Under the pieces are notes generated by a model that made no database searches, had not been told where the DNA came from, and saw only the letters and a program-made list of their open reading frames with translations. Of a DNA stretch of 64,000 nucleotides, positions 13,016 to 26,939 are shown piece by piece (position 1 is the first letter of the stretch; every line of letters begins with the position of its first letter). The translations under genes were made by a program, and so were the position numbers. The DNA is from Eledone cirrhosa (lineage: Eukaryota). The DNA lies in the NCBI GenBank assembly GCA_964016885.1, contig OZ024742.1, positions 85,684,001-85,748,000 of the forward strand. Reading direction: 5' to 3'.

Positions 13016-14172
13016 AATCTCATGCAGTACACATCCTCACCTTTAGATATAGAAATCATTTCTAAACTGATTTCTCTTCTTTAATGTTAAACAACATTTT
13101 CATGACAAATTTTAGAGTGGTATCATATTAATTCTTATTAATTATTAATATTCCAAAAACATATTACTGAAATTAATAATACATTAATTGTAAAGTCTAT
13201 GTAACTTATGATTCGCTTCAACGTTAAATTTCATACATGATGTGTTTACGGAGAAAATCTTTATATATATATTTTAATATAATTGTATATTTATAGTTAA
13301 ATGTGTAGGTAAACAATGAAAATTAGATATGTTTATATATTCATATATTGCTATATCTAAATCCAAATATAAATGCATCTTTTCTACGCTTTATTATTTT
13401 TATCAATAATTGATTTCATCATTTGTAATCCTAGATGACAGCAGGCATTAATATGATTTACATTTTATTCATATTTTCATTTTCGCTATTTGACTCAAGA
13501 CAATATATTTAATTAATTAAAACGTTTCATAATGCCAATAATATCGGATTCCACAGTCTCCTTGTTATGCTAGAAAATGTTAATCAAAATATTTATAGAA
13601 ATATTGCAACGCTGTTCTTATTCAATTAATCAATATATATATATACATCATGCGGACTTTTAAAGAACTATTAAGTTCAATGAAATTTATAATGATCAAG
13701 CACAATAGTCTAGTCAATATCTGTATTCTCTTGTGTATATAAGAACATATCATATTTAACAGTAAATTTAGTAATATTTCAATACGATTCAATGTAGGTG
13801 CTATGGTAACTGAAAATAAGATGGGGTATTCTATTTCATCTTGGATAATCATAAGTATATCCATATTTGAAACAAGGCTGTATATGTTTGTTACTAATTT
13901 CTTTGTGGTTAGTGCTTGAAATTGAAACCTAGTTTACGTCAAGTGGTCATCTTCATCATACTACTATGTTCTACATTAAAACGTCGAAATTATGCCATTT
14001 CTGTATATATTCAAAAGCGAAAATACAATCATTGTCATAGCGCATTTTATGGTTAACGCTGAGCGTCAAGGAAATTCCTTCATAGATGAAACCAATTGCT
14101 CATTACTATGGGGGCGCTGAAATTAAACAAAACAATGATACTCATTATTCATGTTGGGTTATTATTTTTCAG

Positions 14173-14307
14173 GTTTAACTTAAAGGCAGCATTCTTGATT
14201 TTACTAAAAGATATGAGAAAGGTTGTCAGACTATTGTCAGTAGTGTAAGAACAAAGCATTGTGTGTTGCAATACTTGTGCAACAAACATTATCCAATGGT
14301 TGCAAAG
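14173..14307 (+). other. Candidate internal exon of an unidentified host gene or pseudogene
   Basis: tttttcag acceptor and AAG|gtaaat donor; the phase-compatible frame FNLKAAFLILLKDMRKVVRLLSVV*EQSIVCC has one TAA. An alternative donor gtaaga at 14245 avoids it. Confidence 0.3.
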
Positions 14308-14458
14308 GTAAATACAATCTATGTTTATTTACCGTCCTAATGTTTAGGCGTGAGCTACATATACAATTAAATGATAGTTATATCTGTAACCAGCTCGGAA
14401 ACAACTTAATGCGATGTGGAATGTAAAGGTAAATTTTTTCTGATATCCTTTTTCACAG

Positions 14459-14660
14459 ACACACATTTCCACACAGAGCAGAACCAGACGAATCTGCACC
14501 TACAGAAATAGGCTCTGAAAGGAATAGTGATGAAGAAAAGGACTTTGCAGTACAGTTTGAAGCTTCAACAGCAAACGTATCAGAGTTTAAAACAAATAAT
14601 AATAATAAATACCACCCTCTGGCAAGACAAAGTGAATTAGATTATCTCAGCAAAGATTAG
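14459..14660 (+). CDS. Candidate terminal coding exon (HTFPHRAEPDESAPTEIGSERNSDEEKDFAVQF...LDYLSKD*)
   Basis: Strong acceptor cctttttcacag, a 66-codon open frame in AT-rich DNA, protein-like composition; no homology recognised. Confidence 0.35.
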
Positions 14661-15169
14661 AATCTGTAAACATATAAAGCAAAAATGTTGAACTCATGCA
14701 TACAGCTATAGAGTGTGTTTTGTGATCATGCTTGAGTATGCTTAAATATAAAACACGTTAAAGTTTCTCTACGATATTTTACAAAAAACGTATAATCTTA
14801 TAGGGTGTACCGATGTCATGATAAATATCCTAATTACAGCAGGAAAGACTGGCCACTCTTGAGCGCAATAAAGCCTGGGTAAGAACATACACGAAGCAGA
14901 CGCATTAGTGTAGCGACTCCGAGCATGCATTTTACAGACACGTAGGCCAATGAGGGAAAATACATTGATCGTTTGCTTTCTATTTATTGGAACTGTTTCA
15001 GCTCCACATTTCAAGAGAGCGTAATAACAATGAAATATCTTAAAATTAACTGGTTTAAACATAATTATCATTTAATTAAATATTACTATTTGCTCTTTGT
15101 ATATTTCTACAACATTGTACAGGGTGTTTTAAAATTGTCAGTACTTTACTATATATATATCTAGGGCGG

Positions 15170-15760
15170 GGAACATTCCCGAGATAACTATATATATATA
15201 TATATAAAGGATAACAAAATATCGTTATAGGTAATCCAATTAGAGGTTGTGAATACTTATTATTATTGATAGTTTTAGCGTACGGCGTTGCTTGACTCAA
15301 CAAAAGGTTCACGTAGATGACGGCGCATAGAAAAGCATCTAAATGTAACTGCTATCTACCTGACAACTGCCCTTTAAAAAAACAGATGCCTAGAGACAAA
15401 TATAGTATACCTATGTACTATAAATTCAGGTAGCGTAGCATGGCATTACATTGGTCCCACAGATGGGGAGTTTAAGAAAAGGTGGTACGTACATAGACAC
15501 TCTATTACTAACAGGAATCTCTCAAAGACAACGACTCTCGCCAATAAAATCTAGCAACTTAAAGATGCAATCATGGAATATAAAATCAGCTGGACAAAGC
15601 CATCAGAAGCAAAGGCCTATCAGATTGGTATGTTCCACTGTGGTGTCTGTAATATGGAACTTTTCCAAATTTTAAATTACAACAAAATTCTTCTTAATAG
15701 TAAAAAACATTTTATGAAAAAAACATTTTTTGTCGAGATAAATCGGCGACTAAATTTGAG
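15170..15760 (+). mobile_element. PLE GIY-YIG endonuclease fragment
   Basis: CNCYLPDNCPL..CLETNIVYLCTI..HYIGPTDGEFKKRWYVH..YKISW..AKAY..CGVCNME..LLNSK. Confidence 0.8.
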
Positions 15761-15865
15761 AACTTTAGACCAGCTTAATTCCATCTTTTCTATTCCATAA
15801 CCCAGATTGTACCACTTGGATCTATTATGATATCACATTATCATTATCATTATAATTATAATTAT

Positions 15866-16044
15866 AGGGCAGTATCGGTAGAGGGTCGGACGTCATGATT
15901 TGAAGCACAGTTACGTCCCTTTATGGTCTGAGTTTAAATCCCGCCGAGGTTAACTTTGCCTTTCATCCGTACGGGGTCGATAAAATAAAGTAACAGCAAT
16001 ACACTGAGATAATTGCTGGTCTTGTGCCAAAAGTAGAAACAATT
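15866..16044 (+). mobile_element. tRNA-derived SINE
   Basis: Matches the family consensus. Confidence 0.9.
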
Positions 16045-16124
16045 TTAATTATAATTATAATTATAATTGTCATCATCTATCAAAGAACAACATCAACACC
16101 TCTTATATTTACATTCTTATTTTA

Positions 16125-16813
16125 TACTAGCAGTGGTACCCGGCGTTGCACGGGATAAAGTATTTTGGCACGCGGGCCGCCAACAGACCTAATCCTGGAA
16201 AAACTACATGCCTGGACAATATGTAAATAAAATAAACCGAATACTCTGATGGCTGGATATTCTTTAAGATGTTCCTCGATGAAGCAGGAATGATGCAGGT
16301 TTTCACCTAATGTTAGCCCTAGAGGATCAAGAAAATGAATTTTTCTCATGTGCATAATATGCCTTGAAATTTCGGGAAAATCGGCTAGACGTAATGTCTC
16401 CAAAAAGCCCTCAAAAAGCTGAAAAAATGAAGCTGTCCACCTAATGCGGGTCCTAGGCCCAAAAAGTTGAATTTTCTTTGCTCTCGGTGTGAAGAAGAGA
16501 CTGACTAATACATATTTACAATTTCAAGGAAATCGGTCTGACGCAATGCCTCAAGAAATCCCCCAAAAGCTTAAAAAACGCAGTTTTTCACCTAATGCGG
16601 TCCCTAGGAGATCAAAATGTTGAAACATAAGTAATGCACATGTAAAGTTTGAAAAAGATCGGTTGGGTACTTCTCGAATTTTAGGGATTCAAACTCACAA
16701 ACACGCACACACGCACATACACACACACACAAACACCCCCCCCCTGCACACACACATACACACACACACACACGCGCGCACAGTCATACATCCTCAGTTT
16801 TATATATATAGAT
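16125..16813 (+). mobile_element. Non-autonomous Helitron-type element
   Basis: One end tactagcag..cccggcgttgcacggg (hairpin next to CTAG), other end ttttatatatatagat; three internal ~140-bp subrepeats (cacctaatg..cctag); (CA)n tract. Confidence 0.7.
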
Positions 16814-17358
16814 ATCTCTATTTTTCACTCTTTATCTTAATATTTCTCTCCCTAAATTTATTTCATCACTGTCATTTTATTTTATCATATAGTATAACTT
16901 AAAACTAATTAATTACTTTATTTATTAAAATAACCAATACACACATAAATATATTTAACATTATCATGTTTTCAACATTTTTTTATATATTTTTTTATAT
17001 ATCTATTTTTATTTTTATTTACATTTATTCATTCATTAACGTTTATTCATCTATTTGTCTCTCTATTCTTCTCTCTAAACTACATTATTCTTACTTATGT
17101 TTGTATCTCATCTATATACCATCATCTTCTATATATCTTACTCTCTTTATATTTCTATCTATAATTATTTCTCCTTTTCTTCTTCTTTCTCTTTTTCTTT
17201 TTCCTTTTCCTTCTTCTTTCTCTTTCCTTTCCTTTCTTTCTTTACTGTATCTAACTCCTTTTCTTCCTCATTTTCTCTCTATATCTTTATTATTAATATT
17301 ATTATTGATGATATAATTTGAATTTGTAAATTTGCCGGTTACATATATATTTTTTTAA

Positions 17359-17468
17359 CAGTTTCCGATGATCTAGTAGAGTTAACATCGTATTTAAAAT
17401 TTAGGGGCACTGTTTTTAGTGGTCAGCAATTTTTAGACAACTCTATCAGTGAAACAATTGTTAGACTG
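17359..17468 (+). ncRNA. HHR motif with long stem II, core U4>C
   Basis: CAGTTT CCGATGA ..tagagtt[~55 nt]aactcta.. GAAA CAATTG TT AGACTG. Confidence 0.6.
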
Positions 17469-17569
17469 CAAATAAATCCCCTTTTTTGTACTGTTGACCA
17501 TGGTATTCTCCACTTTTTCAATTATATATATATATATATATGCGTGTATGTATGTATATATATGTATGT

Positions 17570-17787
17570 GTCAACTCTGGATGTCGGTGAGCATGTCCAG
17601 CTAACCTCAGTCTCCTACATGGACACACTAGAAGAGGAAGACCAAGGTTAACGTATGTTGATGCCCTAAGGACAGACACTTGTCTGTTGGAGACGCAGGA
17701 CATGGCAACGATAATGAGGGACAGAGACTGCTGGAGAGAACTCGTCCATGGATCTCGGGAATTTTACCCGGCTTAGATAGATAGATT
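17570..17787 (+). mobile_element. RTE-like LINE 3' end with 5' inversion and (TAGA)n tail
   Basis: Plus strand HGHTRRGRPRLTYVDALRTDT..MRDRDCWRELV; the preceding RRLRLAGHAHRHPE lies on the minus strand at ~17570-17616. Confidence 0.8.
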
Positions 17788-17878
17788 TCTTTATTAGCCA
17801 CAAGGGCGCAACAAGAAAGGGAACAATAGATATATGTGTATGTATGTAAGTATGTATATGTGTGTCTGCGTACGTGTG

Positions 17879-17931
<53 letters not shown>

Positions 17932-17939
17932 TTGCGTAC

Positions 17940-17980
<41 letters not shown>

Positions 17981-18123
17981 GTGCACGTGCGTCGGTTTCA
18001 AGTTATATCTTAGACGTTAGTTTTTTTTACATTTCATTAAACGCTGAATAGAATGGTATCGTCGTATAGTTTTCATTACGAACATTTATACCACGGTATT
18101 GTTCTATTTGTATTTACAAACAC

Positions 18124-18197
<74 letters not shown>

Positions 18198-18929
18198 TCT
18201 GACAAGTATGAATTTTTGCCCAAAATATATTCTCTGTACATCCCTCTAATAAGTGTTGTAATAAATTCATGTTAATCAATTTTGTACTAATAGTTTTCTG
18301 TTCTTTATACTCTATAGTTATTGACTTTATAATAGTAAGGCAGTATGTAATGCAAGATTTTGTTTGTAAATATAATATGCTTCTGAGGAAATAACGAATG
18401 TAGCTCATGAGAACGAAAACAGGTCTATAATTACTTGTTCAAATTATTTCGCTGGTGAGAAACTGTAAGGCTAGCAGGTCAAACGTTGAACATATGTAGT
18501 GAGTAATTTCAATAATTGGCTTCATCCTTTCATTAAGTTTCATGAAACGGCAATGGAAAGATTTATAATAACATTTATTTGATTTATGTTTTCCTTAGAT
18601 ATATATATGATGGTGTATTCGTTGTGAGGAAGCTGTCATTCCCCAGCCAATTGCTAAGTACTAGGATGCTGTCAGCAGCATTTCGACAGAGCGGTAATCA
18701 GGAAATATTCTGACCTTTTATTTTAACATTCATGGTAAAAACGGCCAGATAGATAGTAGCTACAGAATAAGATTTTAATTTGCTATCTGTATTTCTCCTT
18801 AATACATTTTTAGGAACTTAGTGTAACATAAGCACGTACATGAAAGATCAATTAAATGATTTTATTCTAATAAATCCATTTTCTTCATTAAGATTAATAA
18901 TCAGTTTACTTGAAAGACACTCAGATTTG

Positions 18930-19015
<86 letters not shown>

Positions 19016-19062
19016 GGTACATATACCTATAATAATAATCCATAAACTAAACGCGCACAGAC

Positions 19063-19099
<37 letters not shown>

Positions 19100-19544
19100 C
19101 ATATCTTTTTATGTATATATATAGATATATATGTATATATGCAAACACACACACACACACAGACACACACACAAATATATATATATATGAAGTATTTCCG
19201 TAGAAAGGGTAAAGGATGGGAGAATGTTCTATGTATGCTACAGAGCTATTTAGTTATGTATAGGATTAGCAAAATCATTGCTTTTGAAATTCACAGCGAG
19301 GCAACAAATATGATTATTTACTTTTAGGTTAACTTCTTATATAATTCATTATCAATATATATAATCGCGCTCACACAAACATGAACCCCCCCCCCACCCC
19401 CACCCCACACACACACACATGCTCACATATAGAGACACATACACACACACGCACATATATATATATTGTTATACTTTAGGATGGTCATGCTCGCAATAAA
19501 AACACACGCAACATTTCAGTTCATTTCTATTTATTAGTATTACT

Positions 19545-20102
19545 TCGGTAGAGCGTCGGACGCCATGCTTTCCAGCATAGTTATGTCCCTTTACGATCTG
19601 AGTTCAAATCCCGCAGAGGTTGACTTTGCCTTTCATCCTTACGGGGTCGATAAAATAAAGTACCAGTAATGCACTGGGTAATTGCTGGCCTTCTGCCTAA
19701 AAGTAGAAACAATTATTACTTATGGCATGGCGGTGTATTGGCAGTATCGGTAGAGGGTCGGACGCCATGATTTCCAGCATAGTTACGTTCCTTTACGATC
19801 TGAGTTCAAATCTCGCCGAGGTTGACTTTACCATTCATCCTTACGAGGTCGATAAAATAAAGTACCAGTAATGCACTGAGTAATTGCTGGCCTTGTGCCT
19901 AAAGTAGAAACAATTATTACTTATGGCAGTATCGGTAGAGGGTCGGACGCCATGATTTCCAGCATAGTTACGTCCCTTCATGATCTGAGTTCAAATCCCG
20001 CCGAGGTTGACTTTGCATTTCATCCTTACGGGGTCGATAAAATAAAGTACCAGTAATGCACTGTGTAATTGCTGGCCTTGTGCCTAAAGTAGAAACAATT
20101 AT
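19545..20102 (+). mobile_element. Three head-to-tail SINE copies
   Basis: Copies at ~19545-19718, 19727-19919 and 19924-20102. Confidence 0.92.
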
Positions 20103-20234
20103 CGTAAGCTTCGAACTCGGAACGCGCACGCGTTAAATCCAGGGGTTTTTACATCGCACTTTCCGACTTGGTTGTTTACCTGACTTCTGTAAACTACATG
20201 TGTGTATGCGTATGTATGCGTGTGCGTGTGTGTA

Positions 20235-20273
<39 letters not shown>

Positions 20274-20750
20274 ATGTGTATGTGTGTGGCGGATTTCTTC
20301 TTCAACTCTGTAACTATTTTGTGATGTCGTTATCGTTTGTGCTTTCTAATTAATTTTGTTTGAGATTCATTCATACTTCGTTCTTATTTAATCTTATTTA
20401 ATTGGAGCATACAGCTGTTCTGTGTGCAAATATACTTCGTATTTCGATGTCCTCTAGTGCGCTCCAATGTTACGTTTTAGTATTTTGGTAGATTATTGAT
20501 GAGTCTTTCTCGACTTGGAGATCCCGCCAGTGGACCTTAAAACTTTCTCCTATGCTACCAGCCATTTCACCTTTATATATGTTATTCCTATTCACACATT
20601 GACCCTCCGTGCATCTGCTATGAACTATGTTCCTAGTTTTAAACTTCCTCTGTGGGTTTAATCCGCAAACTATATATTTCCTATCAGTGCAGACCTTTTT
20701 CTCATAAAGGTATGTTCTGGTAATCCAGGCTTTTTTGGAATTGCTAATCT
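20103..20750 (-). mobile_element. Naiad-like PLE 3' fragment (Zn linker, GIY-YIG, 3' UTR)
   Basis: CTDRKYIVCGLNPQRKFKTRNIVHSRCTEGQC..IYKGE..SIGESFKVH..DSSII; homologous to 62.75-63.16 kb. Confidence 0.7.
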
Positions 20751-20755
20751 ATACT

Positions 20756-20947
20756 ATAATTGTTTCTACTTTTGGCACAAGGCCAGCAATTATCGCAGTG
20801 TATTACTGGTACTTTATTTTATCGACCCCGTAAGGATGAAAGGCAAAGTTAACCTCGGCAGAATTTGAACTCATTCCGTAAAGGGACGTAACTGTACTGC
20901 AAATCATGGCGTCCGACCCTCTACCGATACTGCCAATCCAACGCCCT
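20756..20947 (-). mobile_element. tRNA-derived SINE
   Basis: Reverse complement of the family consensus. Confidence 0.9.
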
Positions 20948-21495
20948 AATCTATGTATATATAGAGACAGAGTGAGAAAGAAAGAGAGAGGATACAGGTA
21001 GAGTGATTATGTAGGATCATGATTTCCACATTACCGAAAATCTTTTCGCTAATATAGATGTTATCTCCCTTGCTGGGCACCATGTGCGTGTCTAGCTAAA
21101 GGTCACTTCTTTATTATCGGACGGAACCCGTTGATAAAGCTCTTCCGGTCCACTCCTTCTGTAGAAGTCTTATATATTTTTATGTGGGCTGATAGTGAAC
21201 GGATTAAGGAATTGCAGAAACCCAAGAAGCTAGATTTAACTCCCTTCTAGCGGGTCCGGGTAAGTTTTTTACATTCATTTAAATTATTGATTTATTGATA
21301 TTTTATTTGAGTGACCCGAATCTTCCTGGTCGTTCTTTTTCGGCTGTACGGGTGATTTTAGGCATAATCTCTATGTGTTGGTAATTTAACGATAGTTATA
21401 GCTCTGATTTATCCAAATTATTGAGCCCTCTGCCACTCATATCGGATATTGTTTATCGTTAATTCGTGAGCTGATTTTCCGATACTCGATTATTC

Positions 21496-21627
<132 letters not shown>

Positions 21628-21833
21628 TGAGCGAGAGAGAGAGAGAGAGTGAGAGAGAGAGAGAGAGTGAGAAAGGTGAAGCGATTTGGATTTTTTATTC
21701 AACACGCTGATGTGTATGTGTTGGCGTGTGTCTATGCACATATATATATACATTTATATGTATGAGTATATATCCGCGATAAACATTTTGCCGTGAAATT
21801 AAGTTTGTTTATACTGCCAGTATATTGAATGTA

Positions 21834-22021
21834 TAATAATTGTTTCTAAATTTAGCACAACGCCAGCAATTAACCAGTACATTACTGGTACTTTATTTTA
21901 TCGACCCTGTAAGGATGAAAGGCAAAGTTAACCTCGGCGGGATTTGAACTCAGTCTATAAATTTACGTATCTATGCTGGAAAGTATGGTGTCGACTATCT
22001 AACCGATACTGCCAATCCACC
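21834..22021 (-). mobile_element. tRNA-derived SINE
   Basis: Reverse complement of the family consensus. Confidence 0.88.
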
Positions 22022-22293
22022 TTTGTTTAATAATGAAAGTTATTGTGAACAGCTCTCAGGTGAATTATCACTGTTGTTCTTTGATATTATAAAATCATTA
22101 TCAACTACAACCCCCATCACATCAACTTCCATATATATGGAGAGAGAGCGAGAAAGTAAAAATGGGAGAGATTGTGTGTGTGAGTATATGAAGACAGCGA
22201 CACACTCACACATACACGGATACAGACACACAGATACACACACACACACACACACATACACATACACACGCACACACAAACACACACACACAG

Positions 22294-22375
<82 letters not shown>

Positions 22376-22390
22376 CATACATGACAGAAA

Positions 22391-25300
22391 TTGAACATGA
22401 GACGCAGAAAACATTTCTCATCTAAATCTAAACGGTTGGCAGCAGACGCTCGACAGCAAAGAGAGACGAGGGGAAATCAATCAACATACCAACAAATTTC
22501 TACATGTATAGGTCAGCTAACGCATCAACAACGGCTTGCCCCGAACGTTCAGAGACGAAGGAAAATTTCAATTGATGGTCTGGTAAAGAATCCTACAGAT
22601 GAACGTTTCCAGGTGCAAACTGTTCCTTCCATAATGTCACAACGTAATGCAGGGAGTCTCTTTGCCTTTGTTTGTCCGCACTGCAAAGCTCATCACTGGC
22701 TACATGAATTCAAATCTCTGTGCTGCTTCCAGGGAAAAATGAAACTTCCTGAAGTTCCTCCTCCTCCTCTAAATATACTTATATATTTCGATATGACTGA
22801 AACAGAAAATTATTTTCTCCATATTATACGTGCATATAACCAGTTGCTTGCCTTAGCTTCAATTGGTTGCAAATAAATTAGAGCACCAGGATTTAGTCGC
22901 ACATTTAAGATTCAATGTAAGGTTTGTCATGTTATTGGATCACAACTTCCAAGTGAAGCTTCACGCAATGTTGCGCAGCTTTACTTCTATAATACAGATC
23001 ATGAGATTCAGAATCACTTGCATCATGCTAATATAGAGGCTGCTCTCCTGCAGGTCCTGCGAGAAGACTTACACTACTGCAGCACCTATATAAAATGCTT
23101 CAGGGCAGTCATTGAAATGTCAGTATCTGAAAATATGAATATTGTCCTACATGCTGACAAAGTAAAACACACTTATTTTCATTGTTGCAAATATACTCTT
23201 CCAATGGTATCTGAGATTTCTGTTATTCAACCTGATATGAATTAGGTATTTTGGATATCATCATCCATAAACGAGACTGTGGTTTTCAGAGGATTGATCA
23301 AATGATCCTCTGCATTATGTGCTACTGTTTCCTTGGGTGAATTATGGCTATCAGATTGGTTTGAAAAGAATTGGCAACAACCTCACACTCACACCTGATT
23401 TCTACTGTTATCAGTTTCAGATTAGGCAAGGTGACTATAACATTATCATGAAGAGCTGGCGGCTGATGCAGTAATATGCTGTAGATGCCCTGGCAAAAAT
23501 AGTACATTGTCGCCTCAAATGGGGCCACAACAAGCACACCATGAAACGGGTTGAAAAGTATAAGGGTTTTATGATGTTTTGGCTGAAGGAGTATTGTTCT
23601 TCCTCCTTCAATCTATGGTTTCCTTTGCTTCTATAGTGACTTCTTCCAGAATTCGATGACTTTGGCTCGACACATGGGAATGCATTCTTATTTCATCACA
23701 GTGACAACTAACCCTGACTGGGATGAAATAAAAAGATAGTTTGCACCTTGGGGAAGAACATATGGACCGTCCTCATATTTGTGCAAGAATCTTCAGGATC
23801 AGGTATGACAGCCTCATGGATGGCATACTTAAAAATAATGTCCGAGGAAAAGTTGTGGTTCATTCTGCTACAATAGAATGGCAGAAACGAAGACTCACTC
23901 ATTCTCATATTCTGCTGATAATGGCTGAAGTTAGCAAGCCCCAAACTGCAGATGGCATTGATCAGGTAGTGTACAGTGAGATTCCTGATAAAGAAACCAA
24001 TCCAATTCTGCATAAGATCATCACATCCTGAAACATTCATGGCCCCAAGCTAATACGATGTGTTCATGTATGGATGGGCTAAGAAAACAATGCCATTGCT
24101 CAAAAGGTTATCCTAAGCCATTGAGAAAAAACACATTTGTTGCCGAAAATTCCTTTCCGGAGTATAGAATATAGACAGCATGGTGGTCTCAACCATACAT
24201 TCCAGCTTAAAGGTCAATAATTTACTGTTGATAATTGTTGGATTGTTCCATACAAACCTTTCCCCTCGTTGAGATACCAGTGCCACATCAATTGTAAGGT
24301 TATCCACAATATCATGGTTGTTAAGTACTTATATAAGTACATCACAAAAGGATCAGGCAAGATCACTTTCTTTATTAAGGATGATCAAGGAAATTGCGTC
24401 CATGCCCAAAATGAAATTGAGACCTATATCAATGCACGGTACATCTAAGGCAGTGAAGCATGCATGTGTATCTATCAATTTCCGTTACATCATCGGAAAC
24501 TGCCAGTTGAAAGTTTGCCTTGCCATTTACCTAGAGAATAAATGGTCGTGTATGAGCAGGAAGAAAGAGTTGTTTCTAGGCGACAAGCAATGACTAAGTT
24601 GACGGAATATTTTAAACTGAATATTAGAGACCCACTGGCACAACACATATTATAGATTGATATTCCTAAATATTTTACTTGAACAAACAAAAGACGAGAA
24701 AATAAATATCTGGATGGGCATCAACAATTTATGAGTAAATCTCTTGGACGCATTCCAACAGTATCTTTTAGTAGACAACAATCTCAATTATATTATCTCA
24801 GGATAATTCTATACCACAAGGCTGGGTCAACGTCGTAGAAAGATTTGAGGACAATTGTAGGAGTTGAATTTTCAATATTCCATGAAGCATGCAGGAGACT
24901 TGGCCAGTTGGATGAAGATGGAGAAAGAGAAAAGGCTATGGAAAAGGCCTCATCCATTACGCTTGGTCCTCAACTGCGAGAGATCTCCTGCATTATGTTA
25001 TTGTACTGCATGCAGATCTGGGAGAAATGGAAGAATTGCCTTGCAGAATATATCATGTATGAATATCATGAAAAAAATATGTCCCTGCAAACCGTCCAGA
25101 TTTTCCTAAAGAAGACCCAACAAAGACTTCAGCAAGATGGCTTGGACATCCATGTCAACTATGAATTTCCTCGGCCAGACCCAACTATAGTTGCCATACC
25201 AGAAAAAAGAGGGCTCATGTGGCAGAAACTGATTGCAATACACACCACCTGCAAGCAAACATAAATGAACTTCTGCCAACATCGAATCCTGAGCAACTGG

Positions 25301-26470
25301 TTATTTTTCACAAAGTACCTCTGTAAATTAAAATGATTGTAGAATGTTTTGCTTGAATGATAATGCAGGAACAGGAAATACCTATGTCATCAACATCATA
25401 TTGGATTACCTCCGATCTAAAATCAAAATTGCACTTGCCACTGCAATATCTGGAACACCAGCCATTTTGTTTCACAAAGTTATACCTCTTTATTCCAAGG
25501 GCAAGATTCCTCTCAATGTGACTGCTGAATCAACTTGCTTCTTCACAAAGAGGGATGCCACAGGTAATCAAGCTGATGTCCTAATCGTTGATGAGATATA
25601 TATATCGGAAATAAGTATATTATCGAATGCCTTGACAGGAGTTTCAAAGATGTTCGAGATTGCTAAACGCCATTTGGTTGTCTAACTGTATTACTATCTG
25701 GTGACTGGAAGCAAATTCTTCCAGTTGTACATCATGGTGATAGACCAGATTTGGTTGAGGCAACCACCAATAGATCTTATCTCTGGAACTATGCGGAAAT
25801 CAAAGATTTGGCAACAAATCAACGGTTACTTAATGCCGAGGATTCTAATGAAAGACAGTTTGAAAACTACCTTATTGATGTGGGAAATGGTAACATACCA
25901 AATGTACCAACTGTAGGTGCATGCAAATGGACTTTGTCTGGCATATGGTAATGTGTGTGCACTGTGTGATTTTGTTTATACAAATCTTCCAGGAAACTAC
26001 ACAAACCCACTATGATTTACAAATAGAGCCATTATCAATCCAACAAATGACGCTGCAAGATTGGTGAATGAATTCATATTCAACAAGTTTCCTAATCATG
26101 AACAAATCGACAGAAGCTCAGATACTGTAGATAATGAACTGCAATATACAATCGAGTTCATCAACAAATTATCGCATCAGGCTTCCCAACACACATACTT
26201 AAACTGAAGAATGTAGGTTTATCATGCTTCTGAGAAATCTGGATCTTCTAAACGAGTATTGCAATAGTACACGCTACATCATCATAAGTTTACATAATCA
26301 TGTAATTGAAACTGAAGGGGCGTTGTCTGCCAATCATGGAACCAGATTGCTAATCCCAAGGATAGCACATGTGTCTCAAAAGCTTGAGTTCCCTTTCATC
26401 TTTACTCGCAATCAATTTCCTGTCAAACCAGTATTTACAACAAGGCACAAGTGTAGGCATTTAGAATGAT
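22391..26470 (+). mobile_element. Decayed autonomous Helitron (Rep/PIF1-like helicase pseudogene)
   Basis: In order: CPHCKA..CC.QGK zinc motif, IRAYN..ASIG, TVTTNPDWDEI, DRPHICARIF, IEWQKRRLTHSHILL (HUH), YLYKYITKG, AGTGNT (Walker A), LIVDE, GDWKQILPV, MLLRNLD..CNSTR, RNQFPVK; many stops and frameshifts. Confidence 0.93.
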
Positions 26471-26630
26471 ATGTTTTCACATCAGACATTTTGCAACACA
26501 AATAAAAATGAAACAAGACACTGCGAAACAGTTTTATCTCACCTACCGCTTGAACAATAAGATGTACTCGGCATTTAACACGTGGTGACTATGAGGTTTT
26601 TGCATGGAAACAAACCAAATATTAATATTA

Positions 26631-26725
26631 TTATTTTGCCTTTTATCCTCATGCGGTCGATAAAATAATGTACCAATAATGCACACATACATACATACCA
26701 GTAATTGATAGAAGCAATTATTATA
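26631..26725 (+). mobile_element. Degraded SINE core
   Basis: ttttgccttttatcctcatgcggtcgataaaataatgtacca. Confidence 0.6.
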
Positions 26726-26939
26726 GTATTAGTATTATTCACGCATGAATACATACCTAGATACATACATACATACATGCACACATACATAGATACAGGT
26801 CCAGGTTCGCCTGTAACTGGTTTGTGTTTTCGTTGTTGTAGTGGCTTTGTTGGCTACGTGTCTCAGACCACAATTATCACTGTGTTACACCCTAATGTAT
26901 TGTTATTACTTTGTGGTATAATTTATTGATATCACATCA

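Noticed and set aside
21050-21490. Possible PLE N-terminal relic on the minus strand
   Set aside because: Too degraded; no motif could be read with confidence.
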